Assembly: GCA_027491915.1 (NCBI GenBank)
Contig: JAOZGC010000002.1
Coordinates: 379,344-443,343 of the forward strand
Length of the DNA stretch: 64,000 nt
Direction of reading: 5' to 3'
Source: Thermoproteota archaeon
GTDB lineage: Archaea > Korarchaeota > Korarchaeia > Korarchaeales > Korarchaeaceae
The translations under genes were made by a program, and so were the position numbers. The notes under the pieces were generated by a model. The model did not search any database and was not told the DNA's origin. It saw only the letters and a program-made list of their open reading frames with translations. Shown one piece after another: positions 43,927 to 51,775 of this stretch. Numbering within the stretch: the first letter of the stretch is position 1; each line of letters begins with the position of its first letter.

Positions 43927-44729
43927 TCGCGTCGCCCTCCCCACCCGACAGGGGGGACGCGCTCCGCGTCGTCGGCTGGCTCGCCCTGGCCCAGTCCGTC
44001 GCCGGGGCCGCGGCCTGGCGGTTCGGAGTCATCCCTGAGTACCAGGTCGGTCCGGCCGAATCGGCCGGCCTGTCGGCCGGCTACGTCCTGGCCGTCTTCG
44101 CGGCGACGACGCTGATGTTGTACCTGCTCAGGAGGAGGCTCCTCTCCCTCCTGAGGCTTCTGATCTCGGCCTCCCTCTCCCTGTCCACCCTGGTCACCAC
44201 GGCCTACCTCCTGGAATCCGCGGGCCTCCGGCCCGAGGTTTACCTCCCCGCGTCGTGCGCCGCGGCCCTCCTGGTCCTCCGCCCCGGGCTGCCCGGGAAC
44301 GCGGCGAAGGCCGTATCGGCCGGGGCACTGGGCTACTTCTTCTCCACCCTCTTCCCCACTCACTTCTCCCTCATCCTACTCGCGATGATGGCCGCATACG
44401 ACGCCTACGCGGTCTTCAGGGGTCCCCTGTCCAGGATCTTGTCGGACGCGGCCTCGGTCTCCGAGCCCCGGGGCGGCCGGGTGATGGACCTGCTGACCAT
44501 CCAGACCGGCGGGGTCTCCATAGGGTACGGCGACGCCTTCTTCTACTCCCTGGCGACCGCGGTGTCCGTGGGCTCCCTCCCGCCGGTCCCCGCCCTCGCC
44601 TCCGTGGTCGCCCTGGAGGCCGGGATAGCGGCGACGCTGCTGGCCCTCCCGAAGGTCGGGAGGCCCCTGCCGGGGCTGACCCTCCCGGTGGCCCTGTGGC
44701 TGGCCTCCCTCCTGCTCTGGGGACCGTAA
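43923..44729 (+). CDS. Presenilin/signal-peptide-peptidase-like intramembrane aspartyl protease (archaeal PSH/DUF1119 type)
   Basis: Multi-TM, with MMAAYDAYAVF (YD), SIGYGDAFFYS (GxGD) and RPLPGLTLP (PAL-like). The GTG start overlaps the previous stop (GTGA). Confidence 0.65.
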   Translation: MIASPSPPDRGDALRVVGWLALAQSVAGAAAWRFGVIPEYQVGPAESAGLSAGYVLAVFAATTLMLYLLRRRLLSLLRLLISASLSLSTLVTTAYLLESAGLRPEVYLPASCAAALLVLRPGLPGNAAKAVSAGALGYFFSTLFPTHFSLILLAMMAAYDAYAVFRGPLSRILSDAASVSEPRGGRVMDLLTIQTGGVSIGYGDAFFYSLATAVSVGSLPPVPALASVVALEAGIAATLLALPKVGRPLPGLTLPVALWLASLLLWGP

Positions 44730-45854
44730 TCACCCCGGCGACGGCCGAGGCAGCCCGGAGGAGGCCAGGCGGGCGTATCCCTCCGCGGCCCTCCCCAACT
44801 CTCCCACCTCCACCGACTCGTCCGGCGTGTGGGCGGCGGACTCCTCGCCGGGGCCGTAGCCCAGGGTCGGGATCCCCTCCTCCCCGGCCGAGTAGGAGCC
44901 GTCCGTGCCGAACCTCCACACGGTCCTCCCAGCGCCGAGCACCCGCTGGGCCCAGTCGACCAGGGGACCCTCGTAGATCCAGGCCGGGAAGAAGGCCTCC
45001 ACCTCCTCCGAGAATCCGGTGTAGCACCTGATCTCCCTCCGGACCACCCTGGCCTCCCTGGTTCCCCCGGCCGAGAGGAACCTCAGCACCGACTCCCTGG
45101 TCTCCCCCGGGACCATCCTGTAGTCCACCAGGACCTCGCAGGAGTCGGGGACCACTGGTATCTGCCCCGGACTGCAGGAGATGGCCACAGGGCAGGCGGT
45201 AGCCCTGCCGAGCAGGGGGTGATCGGGCAGGTCAGCCTCCCCCAGCTCCAGCGCTGCCCTGGCCGCCTTGACCAGCGCGCTGTCCCCGACGTCCGGCATG
45301 CTGGAGTGGCTGGTCCTCCCGCGGAACTCCAGGGCTACCTCGACCCTCCCCCTGTGTCCCACGGCCACCCTGAGTCCGGTGGCCTCCCCCAGGATGACCA
45401 GGTCCGGCCTCACCCCGAGCTCGTCCAGCGCGTGCCTCAGGCCGAACCCCTCCTGATCCTCCTCGTGGACCACGAAGGCGAGGTACAGGTCGCTGGCCGG
45501 CTCCCCGATGAGCCCCACGGAGTGCACCATGGCCGCCACCGCCCCCTTCATGTCGGCCGCCCCCCGACCCACGAGCCTGCCCCCCCTGACCTCGCCGGCG
45601 AACGGGTCCACCGACCAGGCCGCCTCGTCTCCCGGGGGGACCACGTCCATGTGCCCGTCGAACAGGATCGCGCCCTCCCCGGACCCGGAGACTTTGGCCA
45701 GGACGTTTCCGACCCCATCCACCCTAACCCAGTCGACCCCCACCCTCGACAGCTCGTCCCTTATCAGGGCGGCCACGTCGCCCTCCGCCCCGGAGGGACT
45801 CGGGGTCCTCACCAGCTCCGCCGCGAACTCCACCAGTTCCCGGTCCGTGGGCAT
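44730..45854 (-). CDS. ygeY: M20-family metallohydrolase, YgeY-like (ArgE/DapE/carbamoylase relatives)
   Basis: FDGHMDVVP, GRGAADMKG, VVHEEDQEG, GHRGRVEVALEFRGRTSHSS, CYTGFSEEVEAFFPAWIYEG, GIPTLGYGPGEESAAHTPDE. The last three contexts resemble my recollection of E. coli YgeY. Confidence 0.6.
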   Translation of the reverse strand: MPTDRELVEFAAELVRTPSPSGAEGDVAALIRDELSRVGVDWVRVDGVGNVLAKVSGSGEGAILFDGHMDVVPPGDEAAWSVDPFAGEVRGGRLVGRGAADMKGAVAAMVHSVGLIGEPASDLYLAFVVHEEDQEGFGLRHALDELGVRPDLVILGEATGLRVAVGHRGRVEVALEFRGRTSHSSMPDVGDSALVKAARAALELGEADLPDHPLLGRATACPVAISCSPGQIPVVPDSCEVLVDYRMVPGETRESVLRFLSAGGTREARVVRREIRCYTGFSEEVEAFFPAWIYEGPLVDWAQRVLGAGRTVWRFGTDGSYSAGEEGIPTLGYGPGEESAAHTPDESVEVGELGRAAEGYARLASSGLPRPSPG

Positions 45855-45936
45855 AGGTCTCGACCGACCCCCAGGGATAAAAATCGGCCCGGCGTCGGTG
45901 CAATTTTTTTACAGCCGTCCCCTCCTCCCGGCCGCG

Positions 45937-47139
45937 ATGGACCCCCTCCTCTCCTTCGCGGCCGCCATGGCGCTCCTGGTGTCCCTGATGGCCCTGGGCA
46001 GGGACGTGGTCGAGGCGGTGGCCGCGTCCACCGCGGCCTTCGGCGTCCTGTCCCTCGGCTGGGGGGTCTTCCCCTCGGCCGCCAGGGGATTGGCCTCCAC
46101 CGGCACCGTCAACCTTCTCTCGGCCGTGGCCCTGGCCCTCTCGCTGGCCCACGTGATGAGGTGGGCCGGAATACTGGACGGGGCCACCGCAGCCTTCGTC
46201 TCCGTCGGGAAGAGATTCGCCGCCGTCTCCGTCCCGGCCCTCGTGGGCCTGATCCCCATGCCGGGGGGAGCCCTGGTCTCGGCCATGATGATGAGGGGGG
46301 TATACTTAGACGACATGGGGGTGAACAGGCCCCTGGCCACCTTCCTCAACTACTGGTTCAGGCACGTGTGGGTGGCCGTCTGGCCCCTTTACCAGGGGAT
46401 ACTGATAACGGCCGCGATCCTGGACTCCCCCGTCAGGTCCGTGATCTCCGCCACCTTCCCGGCCTCGCTGGCCTCCGTGGCCGCCGGCCTGCTGGTCGCG
46501 GTTCCGGCCATGGGGCGGCCGTCCGGCGGGGGTTATCCCACTCCGGCCGGGTCCCCGTCCCCCGCATCGGCCGCCCGCGGCCTCTGGCCCTTCGCCCTGG
46601 TCGTCGCCTCCTTCCTGGCCGGGCTGCCGGTGACGGGCGCCCTCGCCCTCACCCTGGCCGCCGTCCTGGTGGCGACCAGGCCGGACCGTTCCGAGCTGCG
46701 GGAGGCGGTCGCCTTCGCGCTCAACCCCAGGTTCGTCGTCCTCATCCTCTCCGCCATGGTCCTGAGGCAGTTCGTTTTGGAGAGCGGGGCCTCGGGAGAG
46801 TTCCTCTCCCTCCTGGGCGACGTGGGGGTCCCCCCCCTGGCCGCGGCCTTTCTCATCCCAATGGCGGTGGGGGTCTTCACCGCCGCCGAGTTCGTCTACG
46901 CCGCCTCCGTCTTCCCCCTGATGAAGGGACTGCTCGCCCCAGGGGGGATCATAGACCCCTCGGCGATGCTCACCGCCTACGCCGGCGGCTTCGTCGGCGT
47001 GATGCTGTCGCCGGCCCACCTCTGCCTCGTCCTGACGGCGGAGCACTTCGGGAGCCGGGTGCCCCCGGTCTACAGGTACCTGCTGCCCGCGGCGGCCGTC
47101 GCCGCCGCCCTGTCGGGGGCGGCAGCCCTGGCGCTCTGA
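45937..47139 (+). CDS. DUF401-family integral membrane protein
   Basis: About 10-12 TM segments. LVGLIPMPGGALVSAMM motif. ATG 45937 chosen within the longer ORF. Confidence 0.6.
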   Translation: MDPLLSFAAAMALLVSLMALGRDVVEAVAASTAAFGVLSLGWGVFPSAARGLASTGTVNLLSAVALALSLAHVMRWAGILDGATAAFVSVGKRFAAVSVPALVGLIPMPGGALVSAMMMRGVYLDDMGVNRPLATFLNYWFRHVWVAVWPLYQGILITAAILDSPVRSVISATFPASLASVAAGLLVAVPAMGRPSGGGYPTPAGSPSPASAARGLWPFALVVASFLAGLPVTGALALTLAAVLVATRPDRSELREAVAFALNPRFVVLILSAMVLRQFVLESGASGEFLSLLGDVGVPPLAAAFLIPMAVGVFTAAEFVYAASVFPLMKGLLAPGGIIDPSAMLTAYAGGFVGVMLSPAHLCLVLTAEHFGSRVPPVYRYLLPAAAVAAALSGAAALAL

Positions 47140-47161
47140 GGCGGCGGGGATGGGATCGGGC

Positions 47162-48457
47162 TCATGATCCGGGGGATCCGCCCCCCCGGGCCGCCCTGAT
47201 CTCCCTGAGTATCTCCTCCGCCCTGTCTATCCTTATCTTCCTCTCCCTCACCAGCCTCTCGACCACCAGGTCCACCTCCTCCGGGGTGGCTCCCGCCGCC
47301 ATGGCCACGTTCCTGGCGTGCAGCTTCATGTGCCCTGCCTGTATCCCCTCCGTGGCCAGCGCCCTGAGAGCCGCGAAGTTCTGGGCCAGGCCGACCGCGG
47401 CCATCACCTCCGCCAGCTCCCTGGCCGTCTTGACCCCCATGATCTTCAGGGCCGCCCGGGCCACCGGGTGGACCCTGGCCACGCCGCCCACCGTTCCCAC
47501 GGCCATGGGCATCTCTATCCACCCCCTGAGGTTCCCCTCCTCGTCCTTCCACCACCTGGACAGGGAGGTGTACCTCCCGCCCCTGGCGGCGTAGGAGTGG
47601 GCCCCGGCCTCCAGGGCCCTGGTGTCCTGACCCGTGGCCCTGGCCACGGCTATAACCCCGTTCATTATTCCCTTGTTGTGGGTCGCCGCCCTGTAGGGGT
47701 CGGCGGCGGCGAACTCGTAGGCGGCCACCACGCCGTCCACCACCTCCTCCCCCCCTATCTCCTCCTTCAGGTAGGTTACCTCGGCCCCGGCGAGCCTCCT
47801 GTCGGCCAGGTTTGATATTATCCTCAGGAGGACCCGACCCCCGGTTATCCTCTCTATCAGCGGGGCCACCGCCTCGGCCATGGTGTTGACCGCGTTTGCC
47901 CCCATGGCGTCCCTAACGTCCACCAGAAGGTGGGTTATGACCATCGGCCCGGAGCCCGTGCGGACGATCCTCGTCTCGACGTCCCTGGCCCCCCCGCCGA
48001 ACCTGACCAGCACCGGATCCTGCTCGTTGGCGAGCTCTATTATGCGATCCTTCTCGGCCAGTATGGCCTCGGCGGCCGACTCCGGGTCGTCCACCCCCAC
48101 CAGCTGTATCTGGCCTATCATTATCGGGTCGGTGGACCAGGCCCTGAAGCCGCCCGACGCCCTGGCCATCTTAGCCGCGTTGCTGGCCGCCGCAACCACC
48201 GACGGCTCCTCTATGGCCATCGGGACCAGGACGTCCCTCCCGTTCACGATGAAGTTCACGGCGACGCCCAGCGGCAGGGGCCAGACCCCTATCACGTTCT
48301 CTATCATCCTGTCCGCCATCTCCAGGGGGATGCCCGAGTAGAGGGCCCTCTCCTCCTCGTCGGAGAGGCCGGCGAACTCCCTGACGATCCGCCTCCTCTC
48401 CTCCATTCCCATCCTGTAGAAACCCGGGATCCTGGAAGATCTGGATCTGGACGGCAT
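47162..48457 (-). CDS. hmgA: Hydroxymethylglutaryl-CoA reductase, class II-like
   Basis: ENVIGVWPLPLGVA, MAIEEPSVVAAASNAAK, DVRDAMGANAVN, ATHNKGIMNG, MAVGTVGG, TEGIQAGHMKLHARN. Confidence 0.9.
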   Translation of the reverse strand: MPSRSRSSRIPGFYRMGMEERRRIVREFAGLSDEEERALYSGIPLEMADRMIENVIGVWPLPLGVAVNFIVNGRDVLVPMAIEEPSVVAAASNAAKMARASGGFRAWSTDPIMIGQIQLVGVDDPESAAEAILAEKDRIIELANEQDPVLVRFGGGARDVETRIVRTGSGPMVITHLLVDVRDAMGANAVNTMAEAVAPLIERITGGRVLLRIISNLADRRLAGAEVTYLKEEIGGEEVVDGVVAAYEFAAADPYRAATHNKGIMNGVIAVARATGQDTRALEAGAHSYAARGGRYTSLSRWWKDEEGNLRGWIEMPMAVGTVGGVARVHPVARAALKIMGVKTARELAEVMAAVGLAQNFAALRALATEGIQAGHMKLHARNVAMAAGATPEEVDLVVERLVRERKIRIDRAEEILREIRAARGGGSPGS

Positions 48458-48479
48458 CCCGGTGGAGCTCGGAGATCTC

Positions 48480-48487
48480 TTATAAAC
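48480..48487 (-). promoter_or_regulatory. TATA-like box (GTTTATAA on the - strand) overlapping the MFS stop codon, 23-30 nt upstream of the HMG-CoA reductase ATG
   Basis: Read directly: ..ctcttataaaccc.. Confidence 0.45.
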
Positions 48488-49739
48488 CCGGCCCGGCCGC
48501 CGGGGAGGGGGCGCGGCGCCCGCCCGGCCGCGCGCCGTCTTTCACCTCCCCCCTGAACAGGAGGTAGAAAGCCGCCACGTAGGCGCAGTAGGTCAGGCTG
48601 GTCGCGTAGATGGGAACGTCCAGATCGATCCGGTCCATCAACAATCCCCCGACCTGAGAGGCGACGGAGTTGGGGAGGGCCCAGGCCACGGCGTTCACGG
48701 CGGTCACGGACCCCCTCTCCTCTTCCGGGGTCAGCCTCATCATCAGGGCCGACTGGAGCGGGTTGACGGCGTTCATCAGGACCTGCCTCGGCAGGTACAG
48801 GGCGGCCGCGGCCGCGAAGCTTGGGGCGCTCGGTATGGCGGCCAGCAGCGGGATGGAGGCGGCCTGCGGCAGGACTATGGCCTTGAGGATCCCGAACCTC
48901 CTCGACAGGGGGGTCGAGAGGAGGTAGGCCGCGCCGACGCTCAGCTCGGCCATGGTGAAGAGGGTCCCTATGGGACCCGACTCAACCCCGAACTTGACGC
49001 TGAGGTAGTACCCTAGGAGGGGGATGCTCATCCCGGCGCCGAAGGAGACCAGGGCGCTGCTGACCGCGAACTTCCACGCCACCCTCCGGGCCCTGAGCCC
49101 CCTCAATCCCCCCCTCCCCGGCGCCGGCCTGAATCTCTCCCTGACCGGCAGCAGCGGGATCGCCCCCGCCAGCCCCAGGGAGCCGGCGACCAGCACCATC
49201 CTCCTGTAGGACTCCAGGTAGGTCCCGCCGGCCGCGACCCAGATCTCCGGTATCCACCCGGCCAGCCCGCCGGCCGCGAAACCCGCGCTCCTGATCGTGG
49301 AATCCAGGCTGTACGCCTCTTCCACGAGATCTCCGGCCGCCTCTGCGAACAGGGCGTTCGACGCCGGTCCCGATAGGGCCCACCCCATACCCTCCATGGC
49401 GGCCGCCGCCATCAGGAACGGCAGGTCCACCCTCCACCACAGGACGAGGCCGGAGAGTGTGGAGAGGGAGTACCCGAGGAGGTAGAGCCTCTTCCTGCCG
49501 ACCCTGTCCGACAGGACGCCCAGGGGCAGCATGAGGGCCCCCGAGAGGATCCCGGCTACCAGGGAGTAGGTGCCTATCGTCGTGGCGGTGTACCCCGCCT
49601 CCTTCAGGTAAAGCTGCCAGAAGGATCCCCACACCCCCCAGCCGACGGACTGCAGTCCGCCGGCCGCTATCAGGAGTTTAGAATCCCTCCCCAGCCTGCC
49701 GTACCTCGCCGCCTCCTCCCGCAGCCTCCTCAATGCCAT
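48480..49739 (-). CDS. MFS transporter
   Basis: 419 aa, about 12 TM segments. Loop motif GVLSDRVGRKRLYL. Confidence 0.8.
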   Translation of the reverse strand: MALRRLREEAARYGRLGRDSKLLIAAGGLQSVGWGVWGSFWQLYLKEAGYTATTIGTYSLVAGILSGALMLPLGVLSDRVGRKRLYLLGYSLSTLSGLVLWWRVDLPFLMAAAAMEGMGWALSGPASNALFAEAAGDLVEEAYSLDSTIRSAGFAAGGLAGWIPEIWVAAGGTYLESYRRMVLVAGSLGLAGAIPLLPVRERFRPAPGRGGLRGLRARRVAWKFAVSSALVSFGAGMSIPLLGYYLSVKFGVESGPIGTLFTMAELSVGAAYLLSTPLSRRFGILKAIVLPQAASIPLLAAIPSAPSFAAAAALYLPRQVLMNAVNPLQSALMMRLTPEEERGSVTAVNAVAWALPNSVASQVGGLLMDRIDLDVPIYATSLTYCAYVAAFYLLFRGEVKDGARPGGRRAPSPAAGPGL

Positions 49740-49825
49740 CGGGGAGCCCCCATCGGCCCTCAGGAGGGATCCGCGACCAAAAGTTTAACGGCGTGACCCC
49801 GGAAACTCCCGACGGGGATGGGCAT

Positions 49826-50143
49826 ATGCCCATGGCCGAGGTGACCGTGATCCCCCTGGGTGTCGGACCCAGCGTCGGCCGCTTCGTGGCCGAGTGCCTC
49901 AGGCTGGTCAGGAGGTCGGGCCTCAGGTACAGGCTCACCCCAACCTCCACGGTCATAGAGGGGAGCCTGGACGAGATCTTCGCCGTCGTCAGGGAGATCC
50001 ACGAGGTACCCTTCTCCCTGGGCGCTCCCAGGGTCGTGACCGTGGTCAAGATAGATGACAGAAGGGACAAGCCGGAGGACATGGATTACAAGATCAGGAG
50101 CGTCGAGGAGAGGCTGGGAGATGCCGACGCCGATGCCGCTTGA
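49826..50143 (+). CDS. MTH1187/YkoF-family (thiamine-binding-like, UPF0045) protein
   Basis: MAEVTVIPLGVGPSVGRFVAECLRLVRRSGLRYRLTPTSTVIEGSLDEIF...PRVVTVVKIDDRRDK. Confidence 0.75.
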   Translation: MPMAEVTVIPLGVGPSVGRFVAECLRLVRRSGLRYRLTPTSTVIEGSLDEIFAVVREIHEVPFSLGAPRVVTVVKIDDRRDKPEDMDYKIRSVEERLGDADADAA

Positions 50144-50612
50144 CGTCCCGCCGGATCTCCTGAACTACTCGGTCAGGGTGCTGGCCGCGGCCCTCATGGG
50201 AGGCGTCGTGGGATGGGAGCGGAGGACCCAGAGGAAGCCGGCCGGGCCCAGAACGCATGCCATAATAGCCGCCACCTCGGCGGCCGTCATGCACGCCGCC
50301 TCTTCCGTCTTCCCGGCGGACGCCGGTAAGATGATGGCGGCCCTGGTTTCGGCGACGGGGTTCATAGGGGCCGGCGTCATCATAAGGTCCGAGCTCAGGG
50401 TGGTCGGCGTCACCACGGCCGCCACGCTGTGGGGGGTCACCGCCCTGGGCATAATGTCCGGCATGGGACTGGTGGCCCACGCCGCCGTCCTGTTCGCGGT
50501 CGTCCTCCTTCTGTTGGAGCTGAAGCAGCTGGTGGGAGAGCGTGAAGGCGGCCCCTCGGTCGAGAGAAAACCCACCGGAAGAAAAGAGGGAGGAGAGGAG
50601 GGGAAGGGATGA
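50121..50612 (+). CDS. MgtC/SapB-family membrane protein
   Basis: LMGGVVGWERRTQRKPAGPRTHAII and four hydrophobic segments. The start is ATG 50121 or 50133, overlapping the preceding gene. Confidence 0.75.
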   Translation: MPTPMPLDVPPDLLNYSVRVLAAALMGGVVGWERRTQRKPAGPRTHAIIAATSAAVMHAASSVFPADAGKMMAALVSATGFIGAGVIIRSELRVVGVTTAATLWGVTALGIMSGMGLVAHAAVLFAVVLLLLELKQLVGEREGGPSVERKPTGRKEGGEEGKG

Positions 50613-50649
50613 GGGATCCCGCGGGGGCGGGCGGGGGGCGACCCGCTGA

Positions 50650-51693
50650 TCATCCCCCTCCGCCGCCGAATCCGGGCATCTCCGAGGGCGGCGCGGGCGG
50701 CCTGAACAGGCTGTCCGGCGCGGATCTCTGGACCGAGGTGGCCTCCATCTCGACGGATCCGCCCGAAGACTGGCCCTTGAAGTAGGTCGGTATCCCGTCT
50801 CCCGTGAAGCACGCCTCGCTTCCCGTGCTCTCCCACGCGTAGCAGTAGGACGTCTCTCCCGCGTATATCCTAGTTCCGATGTAGACCGGCGTCTCCGTCT
50901 GGCTCTCCTTCCTTGCCTCGCCGACCGGATCCACGTAGTAGGTCTGCTGCTGAGACTGGGCAGCCCTGTAACACATCCACCCCTGGCCGGGTACCATGGT
51001 GCACTGGACGATTCCCTCCGGGGTGGATATCATCATGAACTGGACGGGCTGCCCCTGCGCGGTCGTGCTAATCTTATACATGATCTTGCCTCCCTTAACG
51101 GCCAGCTCCATGGTACCCGAGGTGCTCTGCCCCTCCGAAGTTCCCGTGAAATCATAGGTAACCCACCACTCGCGACTCCCCGATAGGAGCGACGCCAGAT
51201 CTGGTCCTCCCTGCTGCCCTTGACCTCCTCCCTGCTGCCCTTGACCTCCGGCTGGCGGTGGCGGTGGAGGGGGAGGGGGGTGAGGCCTGGCGTGCTGGCC
51301 GCCCAGCCCCGGTATGAGCCCCGCCATTCCCGCGGCCCCGACCACTATCAGGACGAGCCCGGCCGCCGCGACGGCCATGCCCAGCTTGGCCCGCCCCCCT
51401 CCGGATCTGGCCGATTTGGATCTCGCCGCCACCCCAGATTTTCCCCCACTCAACCTGGACTCGTACTTCCTCCTCATGGACTCGTAGGTCTCCCTGCTTA
51501 TCTTGCCCTGGGAGTAGGCCTCGTCCAACCTCCTTATGAGGTCCTCGACCCTCTCGCCTCTCTCAGGCAAGGCCCGTCTCCCCCTGAGATAATCTTGGAG
51601 GCGACCAGGATATAAGGGGTGTGGATCATTGTTCTCTGCCAGGGACCGCTGGGAAAGGAACGGAGCCCCGTCCCATCCAAACGTTACCCACAT
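50650..51693 (-). CDS. Bitopic membrane protein: cytoplasmic SHOCT-like helix, TM, Pro/Gly/Gln-rich linker, beta-rich extracytoplasmic domain
   Basis: RVEDLIRRLDEAYSQGKISRETYESMRRKY (SHOCT-like). TM segment LGMAVAAAGLVLIVVGAAGMAGLI. P10 run and GGQGQQG x2. The start is uncertain. Confidence 0.5.
   Translation of the reverse strand: MWVTFGWDGAPFLSQRSLAENNDPHPLYPGRLQDYLRGRRALPERGERVEDLIRRLDEAYSQGKISRETYESMRRKYESRLSGGKSGVAARSKSARSGGGRAKLGMAVAAAGLVLIVVGAAGMAGLIPGLGGQHARPHPPPPPPPPPAGGQGQQGGGQGQQGGPDLASLLSGSREWWVTYDFTGTSEGQSTSGTMELAVKGGKIMYKISTTAQGQPVQFMMISTPEGIVQCTMVPGQGWMCYRAAQSQQQTYYVDPVGEARKESQTETPVYIGTRIYAGETSYCYAWESTGSEACFTGDGIPTYFKGQSSGGSVEMEATSVQRSAPDSLFRPPAPPSEMPGFGGGGG
51207..51248. repeat. 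Perfect 21-bp tandem duplication (ctccctgctgcccttgacctc x2), encoding GGQGQQG x2
   Basis: Read directly: 51207-51227 is identical to 51228-51248. Confidence 0.85.
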
Positions 51694-51746
51694 CTGCCGA
51701 AGAAGCCATTAGATGTTTCTCCATCTTTCCGGGAATCCGGACCACG

Positions 51747-51754
51747 TTTAAATT
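51747..51754. promoter_or_regulatory. TATA-like box (TTTAAATT) 22-29 nt upstream of the GTG at 51776; the only A/T-rich element in the divergent spacer
   Basis: Read directly: ..cacgtttaaattcatcc.. Confidence 0.45.
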
Positions 51755-51775
51755 CATCCGGGTGGGTTCAATGGT

